From Comamonas serinivorans (GTDB lineage Bacteria > Pseudomonadota > Gammaproteobacteria > Burkholderiales > Burkholderiaceae_C): a stretch of DNA of 64,000 nucleotides. Numbering within the stretch: position 1 is the first letter of the stretch; every line of letters starts with the position of its first letter. Shown here piece by piece: positions 10,294-20,924 of the stretch. The DNA lies in assembly GCF_002158865.1 (NCBI RefSeq), contig NZ_CP021455.1, positions 1,096,835 to 1,160,834 on the forward strand. The letters are read 5' to 3'. The notes beneath the pieces are model-generated. The model made no database searches and was not told where the DNA came from. It saw nothing but the letters and a program-made list of their open reading frames with translations. Made by a program: the position numbers and the translations under genes.

Positions 10294-10896
10294 ATGAGCA
10301 AGACCGCGGATTTTCTGTTTGACTTCGGCAGCCCCAATGCCTACCTGAGCCACAAGGTGATCCCGCAGATCGAGGCGCGCACGGGCGCGCGGTTCACCTA
10401 CGTGCCCATTTTGCTGGGCGGCTTGTTCAAGGCGGCCAACAACCGCTCGCCCATGGAGGCCTTCGCCGACATCCCGAACAAGCTCGCCTACGAGCGCGTG
10501 GAGCGCGAGCGCTTCGTCAAGCGGCATGCGCTCACCGCCTTCCGCCACAACCCGCACTTTCCGGTCAACACGCTGCAGATCATGCGTGGCGCGGTGGCGG
10601 CGCAGCAGCTCGGCTGCTTCGAGCGCTACGTCGACGTGGTCTACGCCAGCATGTGGGAGCGCGGCGCCAACATGGCCGACGCTGCCGTCATCGCGGCCGA
10701 ACTCACGGCGGGCGGGCTGGACGCGGCGGCCATCCAGGCCGCCTCGCAGGCGCCCGAGGTCAAGGCCGGGCTGCTGGCCAACACGCAGCAGGCCTTCGAG
10801 CGCGGGGCCTTCGGCTCGCCCACCTTCTTCGTCGGCCCGGAGATCTACTTTGGCAAGGACAAGCTGCGCGAGGTCGAAGAGGCGCTGGCGGCTTGA
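10294..10896 (+). CDS. 2-hydroxychromene-2-carboxylate isomerase / DsbA-like thioredoxin-fold protein
   Basis: FLFDFGSPNAYL N-terminus and GSPTFFVG...YFGKDKL C-terminus typical of the HCCA isomerase family. RBS AGGAG at 10283. Confidence 0.8.
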   Translation: MSKTADFLFDFGSPNAYLSHKVIPQIEARTGARFTYVPILLGGLFKAANNRSPMEAFADIPNKLAYERVERERFVKRHALTAFRHNPHFPVNTLQIMRGAVAAQQLGCFERYVDVVYASMWERGANMADAAVIAAELTAGGLDAAAIQAASQAPEVKAGLLANTQQAFERGAFGSPTFFVGPEIYFGKDKLREVEEALAA

Positions 10897-11023
10897 CGCC
10901 GAGCCTTGTTCACGGCCAACGCCGCGGCGTTGGGGCATGGCGCGGCCTGCTGAGGCAGCTCAGCGCCTGCAGCCCCATCACCACGTGCGTGCGACATTCC
11001 ATGAACCCCAAGGAGACACGGAC

Positions 11024-11437
11024 ATGAGCGACATCCATTACCAGGCCGTGCTGCCCGAGGGCTGGCAGCGCCCGCGCGGTTTTTCGCATGGCGTGGTGGC
11101 CCAGGGCAGCAAGCTGCTGCGCATCGCGGGGCAGATCGGCAGCAAGCCGGACGCGCACGGCGTGGAAGCGGGGCTGGATTTCGGCCAGCAGTGGGAGCGC
11201 GCGCTGGGGAATGTGGTGGCCGTGGTGCGCGCCGCTGGCGGCAGCGCGAGCCACCTGGTGGCGCTGCGCGTCTACGTCACCCGCATGGACGACTTTCGCG
11301 AGCACGGCGCCGCGATCGGCGCGGCCTGGTCCACGCACCTGGGCAAGCACTTTCCGGCCATGACGCTGGTGCAGGTGGCGGGCTTGCTCGATGCCCACGC
11401 CACGGTGGAGATCGAAGCCGAGGCCGTGCTGGCCTGA
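11024..11437 (+). CDS. ridA: RidA/YjgF family enamine/imine deaminase
   Basis: 137 aa with conserved YjgF-family blocks (VYVTRMDDF, TLVQVAGL). RBS AGGAG at 11011. Confidence 0.8.
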   Translation: MSDIHYQAVLPEGWQRPRGFSHGVVAQGSKLLRIAGQIGSKPDAHGVEAGLDFGQQWERALGNVVAVVRAAGGSASHLVALRVYVTRMDDFREHGAAIGAAWSTHLGKHFPAMTLVQVAGLLDAHATVEIEAEAVLA

Positions 11438-11929
11438 ACGCTCGCCACGACCGGCGAGGCGCCGACGTGGCGGTTCGTCGCCATCGCGGGAAGCCCCATG
11501 CGCAGCACCAGGTGCCTGGCTGGGCTTGCAGCACTCGGCACCACCGGGTCATTGGCGTCAACGCCAGAGGTGACCGCCACCAGCTGCCTGTGGTTCAGGC
11601 CCTGGCCGTTCACCAGGCCCATACCGGCTTTGCCGGGGCGGTCTGGGCGATGGTGGATGCTGCGGTGGAGCGCCAGCCGGGAAGCGGAACATCACCTTGT
11701 CCCGACTGCTTCGGCGCAGAGCCATGACGACACAGCTGACGTGCGGGGCGGTGATGCGTGACGCGTGACGATGGCCTGTTGGATCAACAGGCAGCCGAAC
11801 TGCAAATCACCACGGCCACCTCCGCCGCTGAGCAACGGAAGTGTTCGTCATGCGGTGAGCGCGTCTGCGTCTGAGATGTCCACGACCTCCCATGCAATCC
11901 GGGGCCGTCGGCCTGGCCCGGGCGACGTG

Positions 11930-12991
11930 TCAGACAGGGGTGCCTGGCGGCCGCTCGCCCTGGCCGTGTGCAGCCTGGGTTGGCGGGATGTGCTGGGCAT
12001 CGGCGGGGGAGTTTGCGCCAGTTTCCGATGATGTTTCGGGTTCATTGACGTAATACTGCTGGCCGCCACCCGACTCGTAGTAAATGCGTGTGAGCAGCTC
12101 GCCAATCAGGCCGGCGGCGACGAAGGTGATGCCCATCAGCACCAGCATCACGCCGACGATGAGCAGCGGGCGCCCGCCGATGTCGTGACCGAACAGCTTG
12201 AGGAGGAACAGCCAGGCCAGGATGAGGAAACCCGGCGTGGCCAGCCACAGGCCCACGCCCCCGAAGGCGTGCAGCGGGCGCTGGCGGTAGCGCATCAGGA
12301 AGACCATGAGGATCAGGTCCAGGATGACGCGGAAGGTGCGGTCGATGCCGTACTTGGACACGCCGCGTGTGCGGGCGTGGTGGCGCACGGGCACCTCGGT
12401 GATGCGGGCGCCGGCATCGCGCGCCAGCGATGGGATGAAGCGGTGCAGTTCGCCATAAAGGTGGATGCGGTCGATGATGTGCCGCCGGTAGGCCTTGAGC
12501 GCGCAGCCATAGTCGTGCAGCTGCACGCCGGTGGCCTGGGAGATCAGGCGGTTGGCGATTTTGGACGGCAGCTTGCGCGAGAGCGCCGCGTCCTGCCGGT
12601 CCTTGCGCCAGCCCGAGACCATGTCCACGTCGGGATCGGTCTCGAGCCGGTTCAGCAGCAGCGGGATGTCGTCGGGCTCGTTCTGCAGGTCGGCATCCAG
12701 CGTGACCACGTAGCGGCCGCGCACGCGGTCGAAGCCCGCCTGCAGGCCGCTGGACTGGCCGTAGTTGCGGGCCAGCAGCACGGGGCGCAGCCAGGGCCGC
12801 GTGCGGGCCAGCTCGAGCAGCAGCTTGCCGCTGCCGTCGCGGGAGCCGTCGTCCACGGCAATCAGCTCGAACGACAGCGGCTGGCTGCGCATGGCGGCCT
12901 CGATGCGCGTGACCAGGTCGGGCAGGTTGTCCACCTCGTTGTAGATGGGGACGACGATGGAGACCTCAGGGGGTGTGGAAATGGGCTGCAT
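11930..12991 (-). CDS. GT2 family polyprenyl-phosphate glycosyltransferase (ArnC/RgtE-like)
   Basis: VSIVVPIYNE...AVDDGSRD...TLDADLQNEPD motifs of ArnC/DPM-synthase-like GT2 enzymes plus two C-terminal TM helices. Start coordinate uncertain by 1 nt. Confidence 0.8.
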   Translation of the reverse strand: MQPISTPPEVSIVVPIYNEVDNLPDLVTRIEAAMRSQPLSFELIAVDDGSRDGSGKLLLELARTRPWLRPVLLARNYGQSSGLQAGFDRVRGRYVVTLDADLQNEPDDIPLLLNRLETDPDVDMVSGWRKDRQDAALSRKLPSKIANRLISQATGVQLHDYGCALKAYRRHIIDRIHLYGELHRFIPSLARDAGARITEVPVRHHARTRGVSKYGIDRTFRVILDLILMVFLMRYRQRPLHAFGGVGLWLATPGFLILAWLFLLKLFGHDIGGRPLLIVGVMLVLMGITFVAAGLIGELLTRIYYESGGGQQYYVNEPETSSETGANSPADAQHIPPTQAAHGQGERPPGTPV

Positions 12992-13159
12992 GGCGGGTGG
13001 ATGAGGCGGGCGATGACGCATGGGCACGCTGGCGAACCGGCGTCCGGTGTCCTGGCGACAGGCCTGGCGCTGCGGGGCAGGTGGATAATCACCGCAAACG
13101 CCGATTGTGCCCATTCCGAGTTCCGTCGCGCGCTGCGCCACCGCCTGCCGCCCACCTCC

Positions 13160-14752
13160 ATGCCCCGTTCGCCCGCTGCTTCCTCAGACGCCGCCCGTCC
13201 GTCCCCTGCGCAGCGGCCCTGGCTGCAAGCCCTGTACGACAACCCCTGGCCCTGGCTGCTGGCCTTTTTGCTGGCCCACGTGGTGTCGCGCGGCGTGATC
13301 TCAACCGGCATGAAATGGGACGAGTCCGAGCAGATTCTCTGGTCGCAGCAGCTGGCCCTGGGCTATGGCGCGCAGCCGCCGCTCTACACCTGGCTGCAGT
13401 GGGCCGTGATCCAGGTGCTGGGGCCGTCGGTGCTGGCGCTGGCGCTGGTCAAGCACGCGGCCATTGGCCTGACCTATGTGCTGGCCTGGCTGGCCGCGCG
13501 GCAGCTGCTCACGGCGCGCGGTGCCTTCTGGGTCGCCAGCGGGCTGCTGCTGATGCCGCCTTTCGGCTGGAACGCGGTGCGCGACCTGACCCACACCGTG
13601 CTCGTCACGGCGATGGCGCTGGGCCTGTGCGGGGCCGTGCTGCGCCTGGTGCAGGCGCCCAGACCGGGCCACTACGCGCTGGTGGGCCTGTTCTGCGGCC
13701 TGGGCATGATGGCCAAGTACAGCTTTGCCCTGAGCATCGGCGCGTTCTTCGTCGCCTGCCTCACGGTGCCGCAGGCGCGGCGCGCCCTGTTTCAGCGCGG
13801 CTGGTGGCTGGCGCCGCTGGTGGGCCTGCTGATCTTCGCGCCCAACGGCTGGTGGGTGCTGAACCATTGGCACGAGGCCACGGCGGCCACCCTGGACAAG
13901 ATGGAGATCTCGCAGCAGGTGTCGGTCTTCACCGGCGCCGCGAACCTGCTGCAGATCACGGCGTCCACGTTGCTGCTGTGGGCCCTGGTGGTGGTGCTGG
14001 CCTTTCGCGGCCAGCTGCGCGCGCCCTTGCCCGCCGACGCCGATGCCCGCTGGCCCTGGCGCAGCTGGGCCTGGCCGCTGCTGGGGCGCTACCTGCTGTT
14101 CGTCGGCCTGGCCATGGTGGCCATGGTCGTGCTGGGCGATGTGAGCAACTTCAAGGAGCGCTGGCTGCTGCCCCTGGTGGCCGTGGTGCCGTTGGCGTTC
14201 TTCGTCTGGCGCCCGTCGCTGCAGGCCGACGACAACCCGCGCGGCGGCCTGTACACCGGGGCGGTGCTGGTGTTCGCGCTGATCTTCTTCGCCATGGCGA
14301 CGGCGCGGCCCTGGGTGGCCGGTGCACGCAACCAGGACAAGCCCGGCGAGGCCGACGAGCTGACTTTTCCGGTGCCCGAGCTGGCGGCCCGGCTGCGCCA
14401 GGCGGGCTACGACGGGCGTGGCGACATCGTGGGCGCCGACCACATGCTGGCGGCCATGATGCGGTCCGAGTTTCCCCAGGTGCAGGCGCGCGGCTGCGCG
14501 CCTTTGCCAGGTCGCACGCCGGCGGCCTGCGTGGCCCAGGCCCTGCAGCAGGCGCGTGCCACAGGGCGGGGCCTGCTGCTGGTGTCGCGTGCCCGTGACG
14601 CGGGCTGGTGGGCCGCAGTATTGCCCCAGACTGGTTACAAAGAGTACGAGAGCATGGCCATACCTTCTTCCAAAATGCCTGTTGACGCGGCACCGATGCC
14701 GTTCCATTTCGTGTGGGTGCCCCCGCAGACCGTGCCGGGGGCGCAGCCATGA
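13160..14752 (+). CDS. GT39/GT-C family glycosyltransferase (ArnT/RgtA-D-like; lipid A/core glycosylation)
   Basis: Around 530 aa polytopic membrane protein with PMT_2/ArnT-like N-terminus ([17 protein letters not shown]...[12 protein letters not shown]). Divergent from the GT2 gene. Confidence 0.75.
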   Translation: MPRSPAASSDAARPSPAQRPWLQALYDNPWPWLLAFLLAHVVSRGVISTGMKWDESEQILWSQQLALGYGAQPPLYTWLQWAVIQVLGPSVLALALVKHAAIGLTYVLAWLAARQLLTARGAFWVASGLLLMPPFGWNAVRDLTHTVLVTAMALGLCGAVLRLVQAPRPGHYALVGLFCGLGMMAKYSFALSIGAFFVACLTVPQARRALFQRGWWLAPLVGLLIFAPNGWWVLNHWHEATAATLDKMEISQQVSVFTGAANLLQITASTLLLWALVVVLAFRGQLRAPLPADADARWPWRSWAWPLLGRYLLFVGLAMVAMVVLGDVSNFKERWLLPLVAVVPLAFFVWRPSLQADDNPRGGLYTGAVLVFALIFFAMATARPWVAGARNQDKPGEADELTFPVPELAARLRQAGYDGRGDIVGADHMLAAMMRSEFPQVQARGCAPLPGRTPAACVAQALQQARATGRGLLLVSRARDAGWWAAVLPQTGYKEYESMAIPSSKMPVDAAPMPFHFVWVPPQTVPGAQP

Positions 14753-15768
14753 GCACGGTGCTGGTCACCGGCGTGGCGGGCTTCATCGGCATGCATTGCG
14801 CGCGCGAGCTGCTGGGCCAGGGCCACCAGGTCGTGGGCATCGACAACCTCAACGCCTACTACGAGGTCTCGCTCAAGCAAGCGCGGCTGGCCCAGCTGCA
14901 GGCGCACCCGCATGCCGCGAACTTCCGCTTCGAGCGGCTGGACGTGGCCGACCGCGACGGCATGGCCCGGTTGTTCGACGCCACGCGCCCCACGCGCGTG
15001 CTGCACCTGGCCGCCCAGGCCGGCGTGCGCTACTCCATCGACCAGCCCGACGACTACACCGACGCCAACCTGCTGGGCTTTGGCAACGTGCTGCAGAACG
15101 GCCGCCGCCACGCCGTGCAGCACCTGGTGTATGCCAGCAGCTCCAGCGTCTACGGCGGCAACGCCAAGATGCCCTATGCCGAGCGCGATGCCGTCGACCA
15201 CCCCATCAGCTACTACGCGGCCACCAAGAAGGCCAACGAGCTGATGGCGCACACCTACGCCCACCTTTACGGCATGCCGACGACGGGCTTGCGCTTCTTC
15301 ACCGTCTATGGGCCCTGGGGCCGGCCCGACATGGCCTTGTTCAAGTTCACGCGCGCCATGCTGGCGGGCGAGGCCATCGACGTCTACGGCCAGGGCCAGC
15401 TGGTGCGCGACTTCACCTTCATCGACGACATCGTCCAGGGGGTGCTGCGCGTGCTGGACAAACCCGCCACGCCCGATGCCCAGTACGACGCCATGGTGCC
15501 CAATCCGGGAACGAGCACGGCCCCATACCGCATCTTCAACATCGGCAACAGCCAGCCCACGGTGCTGATGGACTACATCGCCGCCATCGAGCGCGCCCTG
15601 GGCGTCACCGCCAACAAACGCATGCTGCCCATTCAGCCGGGCGACATGCAGGCCACTTCGGCCGACACGCGTGCCCTGCGCGACTGGGTCGGCTTCGAGC
15701 CCGGCACGCCCGTGACCGTCGGCGTGCAGCGCTTCGTGGATTGGTACAGGGAGTTTTTCCGCACATGA
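14749..15768 (+). CDS. NAD-dependent epimerase, UDP-glucuronate 4-epimerase family
   Basis: GFIG Rossmann motif and [10 protein letters not shown] (YxxxK). Similar to Cap1J/LpsL-type UDP-GlcA 4-epimerases. ATGA start/stop overlap with upstream GT39 gene. Confidence 0.8.
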   Translation: MSTVLVTGVAGFIGMHCARELLGQGHQVVGIDNLNAYYEVSLKQARLAQLQAHPHAANFRFERLDVADRDGMARLFDATRPTRVLHLAAQAGVRYSIDQPDDYTDANLLGFGNVLQNGRRHAVQHLVYASSSSVYGGNAKMPYAERDAVDHPISYYAATKKANELMAHTYAHLYGMPTTGLRFFTVYGPWGRPDMALFKFTRAMLAGEAIDVYGQGQLVRDFTFIDDIVQGVLRVLDKPATPDAQYDAMVPNPGTSTAPYRIFNIGNSQPTVLMDYIAAIERALGVTANKRMLPIQPGDMQATSADTRALRDWVGFEPGTPVTVGVQRFVDWYREFFRT

Positions 15769-17135
15769 AAGTCACCGTATTTGGCACCGGCTACGTGGGC
15801 CTGGTGCAGGGGGCCGTGCTGGCCGATGCCGGCCACCACGTGCTCTGCGTGGACGTGGACGCCGACAAGGTGGCGGGCCTCCAGGCCGGCCGCATGCCCA
15901 TCCACGAGCCTGGCCTGGAGGCGCTGGTGCACCGCACCCAGCAGCTCGGCCGGCTGGACTTCACCACCGATGCCGCCGAGGGCGTGCGCCGCAGTCCCGT
16001 CATCTTCCTGGCCGTGGGCACGCCGCCCGACGAGGACGGCAGCGCCGACCTGCAGTACGTGCTGGCCGTCGCGCGCACCATCGCCACGCACATGGATGGC
16101 CCCCGCACCGTCATCAACAAATCGACGGTGCCCGTGGGCACGGCCGACAAGGTGGCGCAGGTGTTGCGCCAGGTGCTGGCCGAGCGCGGTGCCGACCACG
16201 TGTTCGACGTCGTCTCCAACCCCGAATTCCTCAAGGAGGGCGCCGCCGTGGCCGATTGCCAGCGGCCGGACCGCATCATCGTCGGCACCGACAGCCCGCG
16301 GGCCGAAGCCCAGCTGCGCGAGCTGTACGCGCCCTTCAACCGCAACCACGACAAGATCGTGGTGATGGACGTGAAGAGCGCCGAGCTGACCAAGTACGCC
16401 GCCAACGCCATGCTGGCGACCAAGATCAGCTTCATGAACGAGATCGCCAACATCGCCGAGCGCATGGGGGCCGACATCGAGGCCGTGCGCCGCGGCATCG
16501 GCAGCGATCCGCGCATCGGCTACCACTTCATCTACCCCGGGGTGGGCTATGGCGGCAGCTGCTTTCCCAAGGACGTGAAGGCCCTCATCCACACCGCACA
16601 AGAGGCCGGCTTCGAGCCCACGCTGCTCGACGCCGTGGAGGCACGCAACCGCGCCCAGCGCGAGGTGCTGTTCTCGAAGATCAGTGCGCATTACGCGGCC
16701 CGGGGCGGGTCGCTGGCCGGCAAGACCGTCGCCGTCTGGGGCCTGGCCTTCAAGCCCAACACCGACGACATGCGCGAAGCGCCCAGCCGCAACCTGCTGC
16801 AGGCCCTGTGGCAGGCCGGCGCCACCGTGCAGGCGCATGACCCCGTGGCCATGGCCGAGGCCCGCCGCATCTTCGGCGAGCGCCCCGACCTGCGCCTGGT
16901 GGACAGCCCCATGGCCGCGCTGCAGGGGGCCGACTGCCTGGCCATCGTGACCGAGTGGCAGAGCTTTCGCGTGCCCGATTTCGACGAGCTGGCCCAGGCC
17001 CTGACAGACCGCATCGTGTTCGACGGCCGCAACCTGTACGACCCCGCCGTGGTCGCCCGCCACGGGCTGACCTACGTGTCGATCGGTCGGCCGGTGCGCG
17101 GTGAGCCCGCCGGAGACTGGCTGAATCCGGTTTGA
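15765..17135 (+). CDS. ugd: UDP-glucose 6-dehydrogenase
   Basis: [15 protein letters not shown]-terminus, GGSCFPKDV catalytic Cys motif. ATGA overlap with epimerase stop. Confidence 0.9.
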   Translation: MKVTVFGTGYVGLVQGAVLADAGHHVLCVDVDADKVAGLQAGRMPIHEPGLEALVHRTQQLGRLDFTTDAAEGVRRSPVIFLAVGTPPDEDGSADLQYVLAVARTIATHMDGPRTVINKSTVPVGTADKVAQVLRQVLAERGADHVFDVVSNPEFLKEGAAVADCQRPDRIIVGTDSPRAEAQLRELYAPFNRNHDKIVVMDVKSAELTKYAANAMLATKISFMNEIANIAERMGADIEAVRRGIGSDPRIGYHFIYPGVGYGGSCFPKDVKALIHTAQEAGFEPTLLDAVEARNRAQREVLFSKISAHYAARGGSLAGKTVAVWGLAFKPNTDDMREAPSRNLLQALWQAGATVQAHDPVAMAEARRIFGERPDLRLVDSPMAALQGADCLAIVTEWQSFRVPDFDELAQALTDRIVFDGRNLYDPAVVARHGLTYVSIGRPVRGEPAGDWLNPV

Positions 17136-17143
17136 ACATCAGC

Positions 17144-17196
17144 CAGTATGGGTTGGTTGCCGTTGATGAAAAAACGGCAATGAGCTTATACCCCCA
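17144..17196. repeat. SPR family copy
   Basis: CAGTATGGGTTGGTTGCCGTTGATGAAAAAACGGCAATGAGCTTATACCCCC. Confidence 0.55.
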
Positions 17197-17219
17197 TTCA
17201 AGATGACACAAGGCAAGCC

Positions 17220-18149
17220 ATGAGCATCGGCCGCAGCATTCGCCTGTTCCTGGTGGACGGGTCTTCCAATGGCCTGCTGACCGCAGAAATCATGAACTGG
17301 ACCGGCCACGTGCTGACCGGTCCGCGCAGCAAGCTGGCCGAGGTGGTGCGGCGGCCCGAGTGCGCGCGCACCGGCATCTACTTCCTGATCGGCCCCGATC
17401 CCGACAACGCCTTGCTGACGCGCGTCTACATCGGTGAATCCGACGATGTGGCGGAGCGCCTCAAGCAGCACAACCGGCCCGAAACCCCGGACGGCAGGGG
17501 CGGCAAGGACTTCTGGGAGCGCGTGTGCCTGGTCACCAGCAAGGACATGAACCTGACCAAGGCGCACGCCAAGTACCTGGAGAGCAAGCTCATCGGCATC
17601 GCCACGGCTGCGGGGCGCTGCGTGGTGTCCAACGGCACGGCGCACGACTACGGGGCGCTGCCCGAGTCCGACCGCGCCGACATGGCGTACTTCCTCGACC
17701 AGATCCGCACCGTGCTGCCCGTGCTGGGCTTCGACTTTCTGCACGAGGCGCGACGGGCGCCGTCCACCTTGCCCGTCCCGCCGGTGGCCGACGCGCAAGG
17801 CTTCGAGATGAGCGTGCCGCGCCATGGCATCCAGGCCTTCGCCAAAGAGGTGGATGGCGAGTTCGTGGTGCAGCAGGGCTCGCGCGCACGCGGCAGCTGG
17901 ATCGGCGGCATCAGCGGCTACCAGGGGCTGTTTGAACAGCTGGTGGCCAGCGGCATCCTGCAGGCCGACGGGGCCGACCACTGCCGGTTTGCCGAGGACC
18001 ACGCCTTCAGCAGCCCCAGTGCCGCCGCGTCGGTGGTGTGCGGCCGCATCGCCAACGGCCGCACCAGCTGGCTGGTGCAAGGCAGCTTGCAAACCTATGC
18101 CGATTGGCAGGACGCCCAGCTCAAGGCCGACGGGGCGCCAGCCGAGTGA
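17220..18149 (+). CDS. GIY-YIG nuclease family protein (DUF4357-type)
   Basis: TGIYFLIG...RVYIGESDDVAERLKQH GIY-YIG core. 309 aa. Confidence 0.7.
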   Translation: MSIGRSIRLFLVDGSSNGLLTAEIMNWTGHVLTGPRSKLAEVVRRPECARTGIYFLIGPDPDNALLTRVYIGESDDVAERLKQHNRPETPDGRGGKDFWERVCLVTSKDMNLTKAHAKYLESKLIGIATAAGRCVVSNGTAHDYGALPESDRADMAYFLDQIRTVLPVLGFDFLHEARRAPSTLPVPPVADAQGFEMSVPRHGIQAFAKEVDGEFVVQQGSRARGSWIGGISGYQGLFEQLVASGILQADGADHCRFAEDHAFSSPSAAASVVCGRIANGRTSWLVQGSLQTYADWQDAQLKADGAPAE

Positions 18150-18518
18150 CGCGCGACTGGCTGTGAGGACGCGCTGACGCGCTGGGCAAACGCAGCCATT
18201 GGTGCGCCCCTCACCGCCGGCCGTTCAGGGGGTGCACCGTGTTGCCAACTTGGCGCCTCGCCTTTTTGCCGCGACCGCGCGGAGCAGCTTCCTTCACGGT
18301 CACTTTGCTTCGGCGTCCCGTGACAAGTATGCGCAGGCGAATGGCGCACGCGAGGACACGCGTAGGCGGTACACAGGCCGTGTCAACACAAACCGCGTGG
18401 TCACCTGCGACCACCCCGAGCCGCCGGTGAGGGCTGCGCATCGGCTGCGTGGCCCGCGGGGGCCACGCCGGTTCGCGCCCCGCGGCGGGTGCCAGGCTGG
18501 CGCAGACCCTGGGCCGAC

Positions 18519-19406
18519 TCAGCGCCCGAAGGCGAACACGGCCGGGTCGTGCTTGCTGGGCAGGGCCACGGCATTCGCCTCGGCGTTCGCCCCGCTGGCG
18601 CGCAGCCAGCTGCGCCACTGGCTCACGCTGCCGCTGCGCGTGTGGCCGCCCGGCAGGGTCAGGCCCCAGCTCAGCGACAGCCGCGTGTTGGGCTGCAAGC
18701 CTTGCACCAGCGCCTGCAGCAGCGCGGCGTTGCGGAACGGGGTTTCGATGGCGATCTGCGTTTGCCCGGTTTTGAGCGCGTGCGCCTCCAGCTGCTTGAT
18801 GCGCGTGCTGCGTTGGCTGGCGTCCTGCGGCAGGTAGCCGATGAAGGCAAAGCTCTGCCCGTTCAGGCCGCTGGCGGCCAGCGCCAGCAGCAGCGACACC
18901 GGGCCGGGCAGGACGACCACGGGCACGCCCAGGGCATGTGCGGCCCGCACCACGGCGCTGCCGGGGTCGGCAATCGCGGGCATGCCGGCCTCGCTGATCA
19001 GGCCCACGTCCAGGCCTTGCTGGGTGGGGGCCAGCCAGGCGCGGGCCGCGGCCTCGGTCTGGCGGCCGGCCTCGTGGGTGCCGTCGTGGTCGCCCTGCTT
19101 GTGCGCGGCGCGCGGCAGTTCGCTGATCTGCATCTGCTGCAGCGGCACGGCCAGCGGGCAGACCTCGCCGATGCGTTTGAGCACGGCCCGGGCCGTCTTG
19201 GCGTTTTCGCACACCCAGTGCGTGATCTGCGAGGCGGTGTGCAGCACGCCGTGGGGCAGCACCTCGGTGATGGGCACACCCGCTTCGCAGCCGAAGTCCA
19301 GCGGCGCCGGCACCAGCACCAGGCGCCCCGGCGCACGCGGGCTTGGTTGCTCGCTGGGGGATGAAGAAACTTCGGCAGTATCGGGATTTTCCGTTGAGTG
19401 CGTCAT
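18519..19406 (-). CDS. SAM-dependent tetrapyrrole-methylase-family methyltransferase (RsmI-like)
   Basis: GLISEAGMPAIADPG and VVVLPGPVSLLLALAASG blocks typical of the TP_methylase/RsmI family. ATG confirmed at 19406. Long antisense/overlapping ORFs in the track rejected. Confidence 0.6.
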   Translation of the reverse strand: MTHSTENPDTAEVSSSPSEQPSPRAPGRLVLVPAPLDFGCEAGVPITEVLPHGVLHTASQITHWVCENAKTARAVLKRIGEVCPLAVPLQQMQISELPRAAHKQGDHDGTHEAGRQTEAAARAWLAPTQQGLDVGLISEAGMPAIADPGSAVVRAAHALGVPVVVLPGPVSLLLALAASGLNGQSFAFIGYLPQDASQRSTRIKQLEAHALKTGQTQIAIETPFRNAALLQALVQGLQPNTRLSLSWGLTLPGGHTRSGSVSQWRSWLRASGANAEANAVALPSKHDPAVFAFGR

Positions 19407-19426
19407 CGGTAATGCTAGATACTGGG

Positions 19427-20047
19427 TCAGATGGGCATGCCGACGGCACGCAGCAAGCGGCAGGTGCGGATCAGCGGCAGGCCGATGAGGGCCGTGGGGT
19501 CGTCGTTGTCGATGGCGTCGAGCAGGCTGATGCCCAGGCCTTCGCTCTTGGCGCTGCCGGCGCAGTCGTAGGGCTGCTCGGCGTGCAGGTAGTGCTCGAT
19601 CTCGGCCTCCGTCAGCGTGCGAAAGCGCACGGCCACCTCCGCCACCTCGTGCTGCACAAAGCCGATGTCCTGGCAGACCACGGCCACGGCGGTGTGAAAC
19701 CGCACGGTCTGCCCGCTCATGCGCGTGAGCTGCGCCACCGCACGCTCGTGCGTGCCAGGCTTGCCCAGCGGCTCGCCATGCAGGTCGGCCACCTGGTCCG
19801 ACCCGATGACCGCGGCGTCGGGCCGCTGGCGCGCGACCGCCTGGGCCTTGGCCACCGCCAGGCGCAGCGCCAGGGCGCCGGGCAGCTCGCCCGCCAGCGG
19901 CGTCTCGTCCACCTCGGGCCCGATCACCTCGAAGGGCAAGCGCAGCCGGTGCATCAGCTCGGCCCGGTAGCGCGAGGTGGAGCCCAGCACCAGCGGACGC
20001 GGCAGGTTGAGGGACGAATTGAGGGAGATTTCGTGGACGTGCGACAT
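19427..20047 (-). CDS. maf: Maf-like nucleoside triphosphate pyrophosphatase
   Basis: LVLGSTSRYR, AVIGSDQV, GKPG blocks of the Maf family. Confidence 0.75.
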   Translation of the reverse strand: MSHVHEISLNSSLNLPRPLVLGSTSRYRAELMHRLRLPFEVIGPEVDETPLAGELPGALALRLAVAKAQAVARQRPDAAVIGSDQVADLHGEPLGKPGTHERAVAQLTRMSGQTVRFHTAVAVVCQDIGFVQHEVAEVAVRFRTLTEAEIEHYLHAEQPYDCAGSAKSEGLGISLLDAIDNDDPTALIGLPLIRTCRLLRAVGMPI

Positions 20048-20229
20048 GTGGCGATTGTGCCGCTGAGCGGTGCCGCCGCGCGGTAACGCCACGCGGTAAC
20101 GCCGTGTCGTGCTGTCGAGCCAGCCTGGGGGCGGTTTGCACCCACGCGTGTGGCCCGCGACCGTTCGGCGCCAGGCCCGGCCGCCACGTCCAGCCGGGAC
20201 TACACTGCGGGCCGCGCCCTGGAGGCCCC

Positions 20230-20862
20230 ATGCCCGACACCCACCACCTGATTGCCTTCGCCCTGCTGTCGCTGGGCATGGCCCTGACCCCGGGGCCCAA
20301 CATGATCTACCTGATCTCGCGCTCGATCAGCCAGGGCCACCGCGCCGGCTTGATCTCGCTGCTGGGCGTGGCCGTGGGTTTCCTGTTCTACCTGCTGTGC
20401 GCGGCGCTGGGCATCACGGCCTTGCTGATGGCCGTGCCCTTTGCCTATGACGCGCTGCGCCTGGGCGGCGCGGCCTACCTGCTGGTGCTGGCCTGGCAGT
20501 CGCTGCGGCCCGGCGGCAGCTCGCCGTTTCAGGTGCGCCGGCTGCCTGCCGACAGCCCGCGCAAGCTGTTCCTCATGGGGTTGGTGACGAACTTGCTCAA
20601 CCCCAAGATCGCCATCATGTACCTGTCGCTGTTGCCGCAGTTCATCGCGCCAGGCCAGGGCCACGTGCTGGCGCAGTCGCTGGTGCTGGGGGCCGTGCAG
20701 ATCGTGTTCAGCATCGCCATCAATGGCCTGGTCGTGTTCACGGCCGGCGGCATTGCCGTGTTCCTGGCCACGCGGCCGCGCTGGCAGCTGGTGCAGCGCT
20801 GGGTCATGGGCACGGCGCTGGCCACGCTCGCGGTGCGCATCGCGCTCGATGGCAAGCGCTGA
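20230..20862 (+). CDS. LysE/RhtB family amino-acid exporter
   Basis: 210 aa, 6 TM. LTPGPN motif near N-terminus, NPK motif (LLNPKIAIMY). RBS GGAGG at 20221. Confidence 0.8.
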   Translation: MPDTHHLIAFALLSLGMALTPGPNMIYLISRSISQGHRAGLISLLGVAVGFLFYLLCAALGITALLMAVPFAYDALRLGGAAYLLVLAWQSLRPGGSSPFQVRRLPADSPRKLFLMGLVTNLLNPKIAIMYLSLLPQFIAPGQGHVLAQSLVLGAVQIVFSIAINGLVVFTAGGIAVFLATRPRWQLVQRWVMGTALATLAVRIALDGKR

Positions 20863-20870
20863 CTGGCAAG

Positions 20871-20924
20871 CCAGTATGGGGTGTTGACCGATCTGAAATT
20901 GATCGACGACGGCTGATACCTCGG
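20871..20924. repeat. SPR family copy (degenerate)
   Basis: CCAGTATGGGGTGTTGACCGATCTGAAATTGATCGACGACGGCTGATACCTCGG. Confidence 0.4.

Noticed and set aside
12961-13021. Apparent 1-nt frame inconsistency between my hand-indexed coordinates and the ORF track near 12990 and near 44730
   Set aside because: Most likely an indexing or display artefact rather than a biological frameshift, since the ORF track reports uninterrupted frames. Coordinates there carry a +/-1 nt uncertainty.
18211-19449. 412-aa minus ORF and extended 594-aa version of the methyltransferase ORF
   Set aside because: Low-complexity Arg/Ala/Gly translation upstream of the true ATG at 19406. Only the 295-aa C-terminal part has RsmI-like motifs.
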